Shown here one piece after another: positions 33,116-43,649 of a stretch of DNA of 64,000 nucleotides. The stretch spans positions 187-64,186 of the forward strand of contig JAZBLP010000009.1 in NCBI GenBank assembly GCA_037033305.1, given 5' to 3'. Each line of letters opens with the position of its first letter. The first letter of the stretch is position 1. The notes below the pieces were generated by a model. That model saw only the letters and a list, made by a program, of their open reading frames with translations, searched no databases and was not told the DNA's origin. A program made the position numbers and the translations under genes. The stretch is from Actinomycetota bacterium (GTDB taxonomy: Bacteria > Actinomycetota > Actinomycetes > Actinomycetales > Microbacteriaceae).

Positions 33116-35638
33116 TCAGTTCTGCGGGTCTGTGGCGTCGGCACGCGCGGTGCGCCGGCGGACCCAGAGGGCCAGCCCGCCCGCGCCGAGCACGGTCAGG
33201 GAACCGGCGAGGATGTAGGGCAGTGGGCCCGTTCCCCCGGTGGTCGGGAGCGACATCGCGGGGACATCGTGCACCGTGATGATCTGCCCGGAGGCGGTCA
33301 CCGCCTGATCCCCGCCCGCCGCGATGCTCACGGTGCGGTCGGGGTTGATCACGAACTTCACCGGAGCCGCAAGCAGGCTGAAGCCGTCAGGCGCTGTCAG
33401 CTCACTCAGCCAGTACGTGCCGGCCGGGATGCTGTCGATCTGGAAGAGACCGGTCTCAATGCCGTCGAGGGTGAGAGGCAGTGCCGTGCCGGGCTCGCCG
33501 TTCGCGTCGGCGAGGACCGCGAAGGCGGATCCGTCCATACGCACCCAGGAGTTCGCGGCGGACTCGCCGACCTTCTCGACCTGCAGCGGGATCCGGAACG
33601 GCTCGACCGGGGTCTCGGTGCTGTCGTTGTTCGAGCGGACCGGGCCACCCTTCGGGCCGGTTCCCGTGGAGTAGGCCGTGTTGACGACCTTCTTCGCGTC
33701 GACGTCTGCCTGGTCGATGACGTACGGCGCATTCGCTGCGCACGTCGAGACCTGGGTCGGCGCGATCGTCGTGGGCGTGCACGTGACGGTGATGGCGCGC
33801 TGCGTCAGTCGGTCATCGACCACCGTGATGTTCGCGACCGTGACGTTCCCGGTGTTGGTGACGGTGAACGCGTACATGATGTGGTCGCCGAGCCCGGTCA
33901 CGCCGTCCTGGTCGACGTCGACGACCGAGGCCGTCTTGTCGAGCACGAGCGCGGGCGTCCAGGTCGCGGGGATGGTCTCGTCATCGGTGTCTGTGACGTT
34001 CGGTCCGGCCGTCGGCGTTCCGGTGGCCCGTGCGACGTTCGTCAGCGGAGCGTTGTCGAGGTCCGCCTGCTGCACCACGTAGGTGGCCGTGCAGGTCATC
34101 TTGGCGCCGCTGGCGAGCGTCGATCCCTGAACCGGTGCGCAGGACAGCGTCGTCATGTCACCCGCACCCGAGAACGTGTCCTCGGTGATCCGCACGTTCG
34201 CGAGGTTCGTGTTGAGCGTCGTGTTCGTCGCAGCCTGGGGAGTCGTGTTCGTCGCCACGAAGCTGTAGGTGATGACGTCGCCGACCTTCGAATACACCTT
34301 GTCCGGGTCGGTGTCGCTGGTCACGGCTGCTCCGTTGACGGCGGTGATGCTCTTGACGATGTCGATCGACGGCTGGATGACCTCGAGCGACGCGTTCGCC
34401 GGCGGGTTCAGGTTCGTCGTGATGTTGGCAGGACCGTTGATGTAGGTGCCGTTGACCGTGGAGGTGACATCGACGGTGATGGTGCACGATGCCTGGCCGA
34501 GGGCGAGGTCACCGCCCGTGACCGACACCGAGTTCCCGCCGGCGGGCGCTGTGACCACGTAGGCCGCCCCGGTGCGCTGGATGCAGGTGCCGCCGACGTT
34601 CGGCGCCGCCGCGATCTTGAGGTTCGTCGGCAGCGCGTCGGTGATGGTCCAGTCGGTCTTGGCCATGAGGTCGCTCGTGTTCGTGACGGTCAGCGTCATC
34701 TTCGAGGTGGAGCCGTTGGTGATCACGGCCGGGCTGAACGCCTTGTCGAGCTGCGGCGTCACGTCGACGATCTGCGGAAGGTCGAAGGCAGCGTCGTTGC
34801 CGGCACCGCTCGCAGTCGCGTTGAACAACGACAGCCCCAGGTTCGCGGTCGTGCCGACGGGGATCTGGTAGGCCGCCGACTGCAGCTTGGCGACCTGTGC
34901 CGCGAAGGAGGCTGTGGTGCACGGGTCGAGGCCGGTGCTGAGCACGACCGGAGAGCCGTTCACGATCAGCGAGAATGTCTCCTTCGGCTGGTTCGCTCCG
35001 CCCGCTGCAGGGCAGTTGATGGCAGCGAAGTATGCGGACACCGCGTAGTAGTGACCGGCGACCGCAGGGATCGTGTTCACCGTGCGGAACTGGGTGCCCG
35101 CAGCGATGGCGCCGTTCGTCGCGTTCGTGTACGACGTCAGAACCTGGTTGGTGGCGGCCTGCGCGGCGGTCTGGCCCTGCGCGACACCGAGGGCACGGGC
35201 CATCTCCTGGAGAGCGGGCCACGTGGTCGTGACGTTGTTCGCGCAGCCCAGATCGGTGACCGGTGCAGCCGGTGTCACGCCGCTCATGACCCAGCCGTTG
35301 CATTGATTGCCGGCAGGCGTGTACTGCGTCGAGGCTGTGTAGGTCGAGTTGGCCGCGGCCGCGCCACCTGTGTAGTTCAGGATGCTGATCGGCAACAACG
35401 CCGCACTCTGGTTCGAGAAGTTCTCGGTGTACACCGGCGTACCCGGCTGGGTGGTCCCCGGCGTGCCGGGCACCGTCGCCGCGGCGGTGATGCCGCTGCT
35501 GGGGGCGAGTGTCGCTCCGGCGACGAGCACGCCGGCGATGGCGAGTCCGCCGAGCAGCCGCGTGATCGCCCGTCGGCGAGGCGCGACCGCAGAGCGCGAT
35601 GACCGCTCGGTCGCGCGGTGGTGCGAGCGAATGCTCAT
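33116..35638 (-). CDS. Large LPXTG surface protein, putative pilus tip adhesin
   Basis: Track ORF. Signal peptide, repeated beta-rich Thr/Val/Asn domains, E-box YWLSELTAPDGFSL, sorting signal LPTTGG + TM + RRRTAR. Confidence 0.85.
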   Translation of the reverse strand: MSIRSHHRATERSSRSAVAPRRRAITRLLGGLAIAGVLVAGATLAPSSGITAAATVPGTPGTTQPGTPVYTENFSNQSAALLPISILNYTGGAAAANSTYTASTQYTPAGNQCNGWVMSGVTPAAPVTDLGCANNVTTTWPALQEMARALGVAQGQTAAQAATNQVLTSYTNATNGAIAAGTQFRTVNTIPAVAGHYYAVSAYFAAINCPAAGGANQPKETFSLIVNGSPVVLSTGLDPCTTASFAAQVAKLQSAAYQIPVGTTANLGLSLFNATASGAGNDAAFDLPQIVDVTPQLDKAFSPAVITNGSTSKMTLTVTNTSDLMAKTDWTITDALPTNLKIAAAPNVGGTCIQRTGAAYVVTAPAGGNSVSVTGGDLALGQASCTITVDVTSTVNGTYINGPANITTNLNPPANASLEVIQPSIDIVKSITAVNGAAVTSDTDPDKVYSKVGDVITYSFVATNTTPQAATNTTLNTNLANVRITEDTFSGAGDMTTLSCAPVQGSTLASGAKMTCTATYVVQQADLDNAPLTNVARATGTPTAGPNVTDTDDETIPATWTPALVLDKTASVVDVDQDGVTGLGDHIMYAFTVTNTGNVTVANITVVDDRLTQRAITVTCTPTTIAPTQVSTCAANAPYVIDQADVDAKKVVNTAYSTGTGPKGGPVRSNNDSTETPVEPFRIPLQVEKVGESAANSWVRMDGSAFAVLADANGEPGTALPLTLDGIETGLFQIDSIPAGTYWLSELTAPDGFSLLAAPVKFVINPDRTVSIAAGGDQAVTASGQIITVHDVPAMSLPTTGGTGPLPYILAGSLTVLGAGGLALWVRRRTARADATDPQN

Positions 35639-35846
35639 GAATGTCCCAATCCCGGCATGCCGTCGCTTCGCCGTCTCCGGCGATGCGAGAGAGGCGGTTG
35701 CCTGTCCCCGAAAGTCGTGTGTGTCCCCCAGTGCGAGACAGGAGCGGGAGCTCCTGTCACATACCCAGACCCCGACTCGGGCGTTTTATGACGGGCCGGG
35801 GAAAAAACTTCGAGAGCGGTCTTCCGGGCTGCCCTAAGCTCGCACC

Positions 35847-36494
35847 ATGTTCAGTGCCCAGACCCTCGCGACCTTCGTCGTGGCGGCGTTCGTCATGGTC
35901 GTGATCCCCGGACCGACGGTGCTGTTCACGATCGGCCGTGCGATGGCGCTGGGACGATGGGGCGGTTTCCTCAGCATTTTGGGCACGGCGATCGGCTCGA
36001 TCCTGCTCGTCGTCGCCGTCGCCCTGGGCGTCGGCGCCGTGGTGGCGCAGTCGATCGTGCTGTTCACGACGGTGAAGGTGCTGGGCGCCGGCTACCTCGT
36101 CTTCCTCGGGATCCAGGCGATCAGGCACCGAAAGGATGCCGCCGTCGCCGTGACAGGACCCGTGGCGAGGCGGTCAGGCGCGCGTCTGCTCGGCGAGGGA
36201 TTCGTGGTCGGGGTCACCAACCCCAAGTCGATCGCCTTCTTCCTGGCGATCCTTCCTCAGTTCGTCGACCTGCACGCAGGGTCGGTGCCGATGCAGCTCT
36301 TCGTGCTCGGCACGATCGTCGTGGCGATCGGAATCAGCTGCGACGCGATCTGGGTGCTGCTCGCGAGCGCTGCGCGCGAATGGTTCGGACGCTCGCCGCG
36401 TCGCATCGAGGCGATGGGCGCCACCGGCGGCGTGCTCATGATCGGGCTCGGCGCGTTCCTCCTGTTGTGGAACGACAGACCTGCGACCGCCTGA
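35847..36494 (+). CDS. LysE/RhtB family amino-acid exporter
   Basis: Track ORF. Contains FVVAAFVMVVIPGPTVLFTIGRAMALG and FVVGVTNPKSIAFFLAILPQF. Confidence 0.88.
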   Translation: MFSAQTLATFVVAAFVMVVIPGPTVLFTIGRAMALGRWGGFLSILGTAIGSILLVVAVALGVGAVVAQSIVLFTTVKVLGAGYLVFLGIQAIRHRKDAAVAVTGPVARRSGARLLGEGFVVGVTNPKSIAFFLAILPQFVDLHAGSVPMQLFVLGTIVVAIGISCDAIWVLLASAAREWFGRSPRRIEAMGATGGVLMIGLGAFLLLWNDRPATA

Positions 36495-36503
36495 GGCCGA
36501 TAC

Positions 36504-37301
36504 TCACATCCGCGCGAACCGGGCCCGGACCATCGAGAACACGCCGTAGATCGCGAGTCCGACGCCGACGAGCCAGAGAATCGCTCGTCCCCACGGCAGG
36601 TCGATGAGGCTGCGCAGAGCCCCATCGAGGCCGGCGGCCTTCTCCGGGTCCTGCGTCCACGCGGCCACCACGAAGAGCAGCCCTGTCGTCGTGATCGCGA
36701 TGCCCTTGGCGATGTAGCCCGCGATACCCAGGGCGATGATCCCGGGCCTCGAGGGCCCGTCGGGGACATCCATCGTCTTCTCGAAGCCTCTGGTGAATCC
36801 GATGACGACGAACCCGACGCCGACACCCGCCACGGTGAGACCGAGGAGGATGAGCAGCACGATTCCGCCGGGCGCGCCGAGGACCACTGCGCTGAGGGTG
36901 CGCAGCGTCGTCTCCGACTCGACATGCCCTCCGAAGGCGAAGATCAGCGCCAGGCCTGCGATCACGAGATACGCCCCCGCGATGCCGATCAGCTTCACCC
37001 TCATCCCCCACTTGCGCGGCTCTTTGCCGCCGGCGAGGAGACCGCTCGCGATCTGCCACACGGCCAGCGCGATCAGCGCCACTGCGACCACTCCGAGAAC
37101 CAGCCCGCCGACAGGCGTGGAGCGGATCTGCTCCATCGCACCGTCCTGGTCGGCATCCCCTCCACCGCCGGTGGCGATCGAGACTGCGATCGCCCCGATG
37201 ATGATGTGCACGAGGCCGACGACGACGAAACCCGCCCGCGCCACCCTCCGGAATGCATCGGATCGCTGCGCCGTGCGCGCGGCTCCCTTCGCTGAGGTCA
37301 T
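36504..37301 (-). CDS. DUF1206-like membrane protein
   Basis: Track ORF. It has repeated TM pairs with an ARAGFVVVGLVHIIIGAIAV-type pattern. Confidence 0.65.
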   Translation of the reverse strand: MTSAKGAARTAQRSDAFRRVARAGFVVVGLVHIIIGAIAVSIATGGGGDADQDGAMEQIRSTPVGGLVLGVVAVALIALAVWQIASGLLAGGKEPRKWGMRVKLIGIAGAYLVIAGLALIFAFGGHVESETTLRTLSAVVLGAPGGIVLLILLGLTVAGVGVGFVVIGFTRGFEKTMDVPDGPSRPGIIALGIAGYIAKGIAITTTGLLFVVAAWTQDPEKAAGLDGALRSLIDLPWGRAILWLVGVGLAIYGVFSMVRARFARM

Positions 37302-37367
37302 CCGAGCAGGATATCGCCGAGCGCCGAGAACCTCAGAGGGGCTTGCACTGCCCGGGCTCGGTACTCG

Positions 37368-38000
37368 TCAGGCGCGTCGCTCGACGGGTTGACGCAGGAT
37401 CGTTCGAAGCTTCGACGGTTCGACCCGTCTGACATCGCTGAGGTAGATCTCGTGGTGCAGGCCCGTCATCGACAGGCCGTTCCGGGGGATGAACCGATGG
37501 TGCAGCTCGTCGAGCACCGGGGCCTCGTCGTCGTAGGAGCCGACATGGAGCGTCTGCACGCAGAGGCCTTCGTCGAGGGTCGCGAGACGCACCGAGCCGA
37601 GGGCGGGCGCTGGCTGCTTCTTCTTCGCCAGCTTCGCCTCGACCCTGCCGACCGCGTGGTCGAACATCTCCCGGGTGATGTGGTCGGGCACCATGATCAT
37701 GAGAGTCCAGTGCCACATCGACTTGTCGCGGCGCGATGTGAAGGACTCCATGTCGGGCGCGTGCCACTGCCCCTCGAGCGGCATCACGACCGTGTCGATC
37801 CCGAGCTGCTCCCTGCTCGCGAACTTGAGCGCGTAGGCGAGCGGGAAGAGTGCGGACACCGCGTGCTGATATTCCTGCGCGGTGTTGGGATCGCCCGCCC
37901 CGTCGACCATCAGGTACTGCATCGAAGGGACATCGAGGATGCGGAACTCCCCGCGCTTCGCTGCGTAGGCGTCGAGGGTCTTCTTCGGGTCGAGCGCCAT
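37368..38000 (-). CDS. GyrI-like small-molecule-binding domain protein
   Basis: Track ORF. Contains YLMVDGAGDPNTAQEYQHAVSALFPLAYALKF and HHEIYLSDVRRVEPSKLRTILRQPV. Confidence 0.7.
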   Translation of the reverse strand: MALDPKKTLDAYAAKRGEFRILDVPSMQYLMVDGAGDPNTAQEYQHAVSALFPLAYALKFASREQLGIDTVVMPLEGQWHAPDMESFTSRRDKSMWHWTLMIMVPDHITREMFDHAVGRVEAKLAKKKQPAPALGSVRLATLDEGLCVQTLHVGSYDDEAPVLDELHHRFIPRNGLSMTGLHHEIYLSDVRRVEPSKLRTILRQPVERRA

Positions 38001-38002
38001 CG

Positions 38003-39172
38003 TCAGCTGCGCTCTCCCGGATCGGCGAGCAGGTCGGCGAACGCCAGCTCGGCCGCGCCGATCAGCAGCCGGTCGGCACCGAGAGCGGCCGGGCGGATCT
38101 CGAGCGCCTCGGCGCTCTCAGCCATCGCGAGTGCCCTCACGTCGTCGGCGAGCCGATCGGCGCGCAGGTCGGCGATCGTGGCGAGGAATCCGCCCAGCAC
38201 CACGAGAGCAGGGTTGAGCACGTTGACGGCGTTGGCCAGCGCGCTCGCGAGAACGTGCGCCTGACGCGTGATCTCGTCGGCCACCACCGCCGATTCGGAC
38301 TCGGAGAGTTCGGCGGCGAGCGTCTCGTCGTCGGCGGCATCGAGCCCGACGGCGTCGAGCAGCAGCCGGCGACTCACCTCGGCTTCGAGTACGCCGTCGG
38401 GAGTGCGACGGTCGGCGTCTGCCGAGATCCCGGGTCTGTTCTGACCGAACTCCCCCGCGTACCCGCCCGCGCCCGCGACCGGCTTGCCGTTGACGATCAG
38501 GCCGCCGCCGATGCCGGACGCGCCGCCGTTCAGGTACACGACGTCGTCGATCCCCCGGCCGGCGCCGTAGCGGTGCTCGGCGATGGCTCCGAGTGTGGCG
38601 TCGTTGTCGACGAAGGCCGTGGACGCCGTCGCCGCGCCGACGAGGTCGGCGAGCGGCACGTCGGTCCAATCGAGATGGGGCGCGTTGCGCACGACTCCGT
38701 CGGAGGTGCGGACGAGACCGGGCACGGCGACTCCGATGGCCGCGATACGCACGTCCGCGAGAGCACCCTCGCGCCATGCGGCGATGCGCTCGGCGATCGT
38801 CGAGACGACTGCCCCTGGCGTCGGAACGGTCTCGTTCGGCAGGCGTTCGCGCAGGACGACACTGCGGTCGAGGCCGATCGCAGCGATCTCGATCGCGTCG
38901 ACCTCGGGGTTCACGGCGATGGCGACGACGCGAGCCGATGCGGTCACGACCGGCGAGGGTCGTCCCACGCGACCGGGCACGTCGGGCACGCGCTCTTCGA
39001 CGAGACCACGTCTGACGAGCTCCGCGACGAGGTCGGCGATCGTCGACCGGTTGAGCCCGGTCTGCTCGGTCAGGGCGGCTCTCGACTGCGCGCCGTTCTC
39101 GTGCACGAGGCGCAGGATACGGGCGAGGTTGTGCGCGCGCGTTCCCGATGCGGGACTCGGCTGTGACGGCAT
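38003..39172 (-). CDS. xylR: ROK family transcriptional repressor, divergent from xylAB
   Basis: Track ORF 38003..39223 trimmed to ATG 39172. wHTH: NLARILRLVHENGAQSRAALTEQTGLNRSTIADLVAELVRRGLV. ROK core: GGASGIGGGLIVNG. Confidence 0.8.
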   Translation of the reverse strand: MPSQPSPASGTRAHNLARILRLVHENGAQSRAALTEQTGLNRSTIADLVAELVRRGLVEERVPDVPGRVGRPSPVVTASARVVAIAVNPEVDAIEIAAIGLDRSVVLRERLPNETVPTPGAVVSTIAERIAAWREGALADVRIAAIGVAVPGLVRTSDGVVRNAPHLDWTDVPLADLVGAATASTAFVDNDATLGAIAEHRYGAGRGIDDVVYLNGGASGIGGGLIVNGKPVAGAGGYAGEFGQNRPGISADADRRTPDGVLEAEVSRRLLLDAVGLDAADDETLAAELSESESAVVADEITRQAHVLASALANAVNVLNPALVVLGGFLATIADLRADRLADDVRALAMAESAEALEIRPAALGADRLLIGAAELAFADLLADPGERS

Positions 39173-39258
39173 CCCTTCACTGTAGGGGGTGGACGCGGCT
39201 CGCGTCCTGATATATGTTGTCAATCACAACTTATTCGATGACCTGCACAGGAGCAGCC

Positions 39259-40446
39259 ATGACCACCCCCACCCGTGACGACAAGTTCTCCTTCGGCCTG
39301 TGGACCGTCGGCTACAACGGAGCGGACCCGTTCGGCGGCCCGACCCGTCCCGCACTCGACGTCGTGCACGCCGTCGAGAAGCTCGCCGAACTCGGCGCCT
39401 ATGGTCTGACGTTCCACGACGACGACCTGTTCGCGTTCGGGTCGACCGATGCCGAGCGTCAGAACCAGATCGACCGCCTGAAGGGCGCTCTGGCCGACAC
39501 CGGGCTCGTCGTGCCGATGGTGACGACCAACCTGTTCAGCGCACCGATCTTCAAGGACGGCGGCTTCACCTCGAACGACCGCGACGTGCGCCGCTACGCG
39601 CTGCGCAAGGTGTTCCGTCAGCTCGACCTGGGTGCCGAGCTCGGAGCAAAGACCTTCGTCATGTGGGGTGGCCGCGAGGGGGCGGAGTACGACTCCGCCA
39701 AGGACATCCGCCAGGCTCTCGAGCGCTACCGCGAGGCCGTCAACCTGCTCGGCGACTACGTCACCGACAAGGGCTACGACATCCGCTTCGCGATCGAGCC
39801 GAAGCCCAACGAGCCCCGCGGCGACATCCTGCTGCCGACCCTCGGTCATGCGATCGCCTTCATCGATTCGCTCGAGCGTCCCGAGCTCGTCGGTGTGAAC
39901 CCCGAGGTCGGCCACGAGCAGATGGCGGGCCTCAACTTCACCGCCGGCATCGCTCAGGCGCTGTTCCACGGCAAGCTCTTCCACATCGACCTCAACGGCC
40001 AGCGCGGCATCAAGTACGACCAGGACCTCGTCTTCGGACACGGCGACCTGCACAACGCCTTCTCGCTGGTCGACCTGCTCGAGAACGGCGGCCCCGGTGG
40101 AGTGCCCGCCTACGACGGCCCACGTCACTTCGACTACAAGCCGAGCCGCACGGAGGACGAGAACGGCGTCTGGGACTCGGCTGCCGCGAACATGCGCACC
40201 TATCTGCTGCTCAAGGAGCGCGCGGCGGCGTTCCGTGCCGACCCCGAAGTGCAGGAGGCGCTCGCCGCCGCCCGCGTCGACGAGCTCTCGGCGCCCACCC
40301 TCAACCCCGGAGAGAGCTACGACGACTTCCTCGCCGATCGCTCGGCATACGAGGACTTCGACGCGAACTCGTACTTCGGCGGCAAGGGCTTCGGCTTCGT
40401 CCGCCTGCAGCAGCTCGCGACCGAGCACCTGCTCGGCGCTCGCTGA
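39259..40446 (+). CDS. xylA: Xylose isomerase (class I, actinobacterial type)
   Basis: Track ORF 39214..40446 trimmed to ATG 39259 (AGGAG upstream). Contains [37 protein letters not shown] and [15 protein letters not shown]. Confidence 0.95.
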   Translation: MTTPTRDDKFSFGLWTVGYNGADPFGGPTRPALDVVHAVEKLAELGAYGLTFHDDDLFAFGSTDAERQNQIDRLKGALADTGLVVPMVTTNLFSAPIFKDGGFTSNDRDVRRYALRKVFRQLDLGAELGAKTFVMWGGREGAEYDSAKDIRQALERYREAVNLLGDYVTDKGYDIRFAIEPKPNEPRGDILLPTLGHAIAFIDSLERPELVGVNPEVGHEQMAGLNFTAGIAQALFHGKLFHIDLNGQRGIKYDQDLVFGHGDLHNAFSLVDLLENGGPGGVPAYDGPRHFDYKPSRTEDENGVWDSAAANMRTYLLLKERAAAFRADPEVQEALAAARVDELSAPTLNPGESYDDFLADRSAYEDFDANSYFGGKGFGFVRLQQLATEHLLGAR

Positions 40447-40451
40447 TCGAC

Positions 40452-41735
40452 ATGCCACTGGTTCTCGGGGTCGACTCGTCGACCCAGTCGTGCAAGGCCG
40501 TCGTCGTCGACACGTCGACCGGAGCGGTCGTGCGCTCCGGTCGCGCGTCGCACCCGGACGGGACGTCGGTCGACCCCGAAGCCTGGTGGCAGGCGCTGAA
40601 CGCCGCGATCACGCAGGGGTCGCTCGACGACATCGCCGCATGGTCGATAGGCGGACAGCAGCACGGCCTGGTCGCTCTCGACGAGTCGGGCGTGGTGATT
40701 CGCGATGCGCTGCTGTGGAACGACACGCGTTCGGCGGGCGCGGCGCATGATCTGATCTCCGAATTCGGGGCGGCCGAACTCGCATCGCGCACCGGGCTCG
40801 TTCCCGTCGCCTCGTTCACGATCACGAAGCTGCGCTGGCTGCGCGATCACGAACCCGAGAACGCCGCACGGGTCGCCGCTGTCGCGCTGCCGCACGACTG
40901 GCTGACCTGGCGCCTTCGCGGGTTCGGCCCGGACAACCCCGTGCTCGACGAGCTGGTGACCGACCGATCCGACGCCTCCGGCACCGGATACTGGAATCCG
41001 TCGACGGGCGACTACGACCGTGAGCTGCTGGTGGCGGCGCTGGGCCACGACGCGATCCTGCCCCGCGTGCTCGCGCACGACGAGGGAGTGACGGATGCCG
41101 AGGGACGGCGCGTCGGCGCGGGGGCGGGAGACAACGCGGCCGCCGCGCTCGGACTCGGCGCAGTGCCGGGTGATGTGGTCGTGTCGATCGGCACCTCGGG
41201 TACGGTCTGCGCGATCAGCACCACTCCTCTGAGCGATCAGAGCGGGACCGTGGCCGGGTTCGCCGACGCGACGGGCAACTTCCTGCCTCTCGTCGCCACC
41301 CTCAACGCGGCTCGGGTGGTCGATGTGACCGCTGCACTGCTCGGCGTCACGCACAGCGAGTTCAGCGACCTCGCACTGCGGGCTGCACCCGGCGCGGGCG
41401 GCCTCGCGCTGCTCCCCTACTTCGAGGGCGAGCGCACCCCCAATCTGCCGGATGCCACGGCATCCCTCTCGGGAATGACCCTCGCGTCGACGACCAGGGA
41501 GAATCTCGCCCGCGCAGCCGTCGAGGGGATGCTCCGAGGACTCGGCGCCGGGCTCGATGCACTGCGCGATCTCGGCATCCCGCTCGAACGCGCCCTGCTG
41601 ATCGGCGGCGGAGCGCAGTCGGAAGCGGTGCGTCGCATCGCCCCGGAGATCTTCGGACTGCCGGTCGAGGTGCCGGAGCCCGGAGAGTACGTGGCCCTCG
41701 GTGCGGCTCGCCAGGCATCCCACCTGGTCGGCTGA
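40452..41735 (+). CDS. xylB: Xylulokinase (FGGY family)
   Basis: The in-frame part of track ORF 39300..41735 starts at ATG 40452: [20 protein letters not shown].., [30 protein letters not shown]. Confidence 0.92.
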   Translation: MPLVLGVDSSTQSCKAVVVDTSTGAVVRSGRASHPDGTSVDPEAWWQALNAAITQGSLDDIAAWSIGGQQHGLVALDESGVVIRDALLWNDTRSAGAAHDLISEFGAAELASRTGLVPVASFTITKLRWLRDHEPENAARVAAVALPHDWLTWRLRGFGPDNPVLDELVTDRSDASGTGYWNPSTGDYDRELLVAALGHDAILPRVLAHDEGVTDAEGRRVGAGAGDNAAAALGLGAVPGDVVVSIGTSGTVCAISTTPLSDQSGTVAGFADATGNFLPLVATLNAARVVDVTAALLGVTHSEFSDLALRAAPGAGGLALLPYFEGERTPNLPDATASLSGMTLASTTRENLARAAVEGMLRGLGAGLDALRDLGIPLERALLIGGGAQSEAVRRIAPEIFGLPVEVPEPGEYVALGAARQASHLVG

Positions 41736-41859
41736 GGCAGCCGAGGCAGCCCCCGTCCGGAGGAGATCTCCTCGTCGGGAGGACGACTTCGCCGCATCCC
41801 TCCTCCCGAAGCGCAGTTCTCCTCCCGAACGGATGCCGGATGCCGGATACGGGATGCCG

Positions 41860-42921
41860 TCAGCCGGCGAGCACCCTGGCGTCCCGCTGAGCGATGATGC
41901 TCAGCTCCGCCGCAGCGAAGGCGTGCGCCTGGGTCATCGCGTTCTCGGTGCGGTCGAGGCAGTCGCGGATCAGCTGACCGAAGAACGGGAACCCCGTCTT
42001 TCCGGTGGCGTCGAAGCGGAACTGTCCGTCCTGGTTGACGAGCAGCACCTGTCCCCCTCCGTTGTCGGTCGTGATGTCGGTGTACTTGCGCAGCTCGATG
42101 TATCCGTCGGTGCCGAGCAGCACCGTGCGCCCGTCGCCGAAGACGTCGAGCCCCGCGGGGGTGAACCAGTCCACCCGCACGTATCCCGTGGTGCCGTTGT
42201 CGAGCACGACATGCGCGTCGCCGAAGTCCTGCAGCCCCGGGGTCTCGCGATGCGCGTAGTTCGCAACGGTCGAGCTCACGATCTCACCGGTCGTCGCGCC
42301 GGTGTAATAGAGCATCTGCTCGAAGTTGTGGCTGCCGATGTCGCAGATGATGCCGCCATACTGCGCAGGGTCATAGAACCAGTCGGGCCGCCCCGTGCCG
42401 ATGCGATGGGGGCCGAAGGACGCGACCTGCAGCACCGTTCCGATCGCTCCCTGATCGATCAGCTGACCCGCGAAGATCGCCGCCTCGGAGTGCACGCGCT
42501 CGCCGTAGTAGACCGCGAACTTGCGACCAGTGCGCGCCACGGCCTCTCGAGCGGCGGCGAGATCATGCATGGTCGTGATCGCGGGCTTGTCGGCGAAGAA
42601 GTCCTTCCCGGCGTCGAGCACGCGCACGCCGAGGGCAGCCCGCCGATTGGCGATCGATGCACTGGCGACGAGTCGCACCTCCGGATCGTCGAGCACCTCC
42701 TGCTCACTCAGCGCGGCACGCGCCTGCGGGAAGCGTTCGATGAAGTCGGTGATCTTCGCCGGGTCGTCATCGAAGACGAGAGACAGGGTCGCGCCCGCCT
42801 CGATCAGCTGCTCGACCATGCCGATGATGTGGCCGTGATCCAGACCCACCGCGGCGAACACGAACTCGCCGGGTGCCACGACAGGTTCGGGCAGTGGATC
42901 GAAGGTGTACGTGCGGGTCAT
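41860..42921 (-). CDS. Gfo/Idh/MocA family oxidoreductase
   Basis: Track ORF. Rossmann N-terminus and the FFADKP motif. Confidence 0.85.
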   Translation of the reverse strand: MTRTYTFDPLPEPVVAPGEFVFAAVGLDHGHIIGMVEQLIEAGATLSLVFDDDPAKITDFIERFPQARAALSEQEVLDDPEVRLVASASIANRRAALGVRVLDAGKDFFADKPAITTMHDLAAAREAVARTGRKFAVYYGERVHSEAAIFAGQLIDQGAIGTVLQVASFGPHRIGTGRPDWFYDPAQYGGIICDIGSHNFEQMLYYTGATTGEIVSSTVANYAHRETPGLQDFGDAHVVLDNGTTGYVRVDWFTPAGLDVFGDGRTVLLGTDGYIELRKYTDITTDNGGGQVLLVNQDGQFRFDATGKTGFPFFGQLIRDCLDRTENAMTQAHAFAAAELSIIAQRDARVLAG

Positions 42922-43649
42922 CGGCGGGTCTCCTCGTCGTTCATGTCATAGGTGCGCAGGCGGCCGCACATGCCGAATCCGCGGTCTCCCACCGAGGGTA
43001 CGGCCTCGTGCACGCGGGCCTCGGCCAGGTGCGCGACCGATCCGGATGCGACAGCGTCGGCCAGCGCCAGCGAGCGCTCAGCCTGGGACAGCGGCCCCTC
43101 GCGCACGAGGTCGCCCCACGCCTGGGAGCGGTCGCGTACGAGCGCGCCGGCTGCGGCATGGAACGCGCGGAGCGCGGTGTGATCGCCGTCGGCGACCGCG
43201 TTCCGCAGCTCCTCGAAACCCGTCACGGCGAGATCGCGTCGTCGTGCCGCTCGCTCGGCGCGACCGGCTGCGTCGGCTCCGAGCGAGGCGGCCGCCGTGT
43301 ACGCGTCGGGATCGGCCACGATCTCGGCCGGGAAGGTCATGACCGCATCACCCGCCTCGGGAAGCCCCGCATTGCTCATCAGCACGACGACCCGCAGGTC
43401 GCCGTGATTCACGGCGCGGTGGATGGTGCCGGGAGTGAACCAGACGACGGACCCCGGCACCATCGGTGTCTCACGGAACCCGCTCGCGTCGATCGTCTGC
43501 AGCGCTCCCGACCCCGAGACCACCACGTAGGCCTCGGTCGAGACGAGGTGCATGTGGGGGCTGCCGCCGCAGATGCCGTCCGGCGCGGCATCCGCGTAGA
43601 CATCGAGGTGCGACAGCGATGTGCCGCCGGGGAACGAGGATGCGGTCAT
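42918..43649 (-). CDS. Cupin domain protein
   Basis: Track ORF. Contains GGSPHMHLVSTEAYVVVSGSG and FTPGTIHRAVN. ATGA-type overlaps with both neighbours. Confidence 0.75.
   Translation of the reverse strand: MTASSFPGGTSLSHLDVYADAAPDGICGGSPHMHLVSTEAYVVVSGSGALQTIDASGFRETPMVPGSVVWFTPGTIHRAVNHGDLRVVVLMSNAGLPEAGDAVMTFPAEIVADPDAYTAAASLGADAAGRAERAARRRDLAVTGFEELRNAVADGDHTALRAFHAAAGALVRDRSQAWGDLVREGPLSQAERSLALADAVASGSVAHLAEARVHEAVPSVGDRGFGMCGRLRTYDMNDEETRR

Noticed and set aside
32810-35602. 930-aa plus-strand track ORF
   Set aside because: It is antisense to the tip-pilin gene. Its composition is dominated by R/G/D/V with no recognisable motifs, whereas the minus-strand frame has a signal peptide, an E-box and LPTTG.
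39205-39245. XylR operator in the xylR-xylA spacer
   Set aside because: Only 5-bp arms (GTTGT-N5-ACAAC) could be found by eye. That is too weak to call without a known motif model.
39300-41735. 811-aa plus-strand track ORF spanning xylA and xylB
   Set aside because: The first ~384 codons are an off-frame, Arg/Pro-rich reading of xylA. Only the part from ATG 40452 (xylulokinase) is credible.
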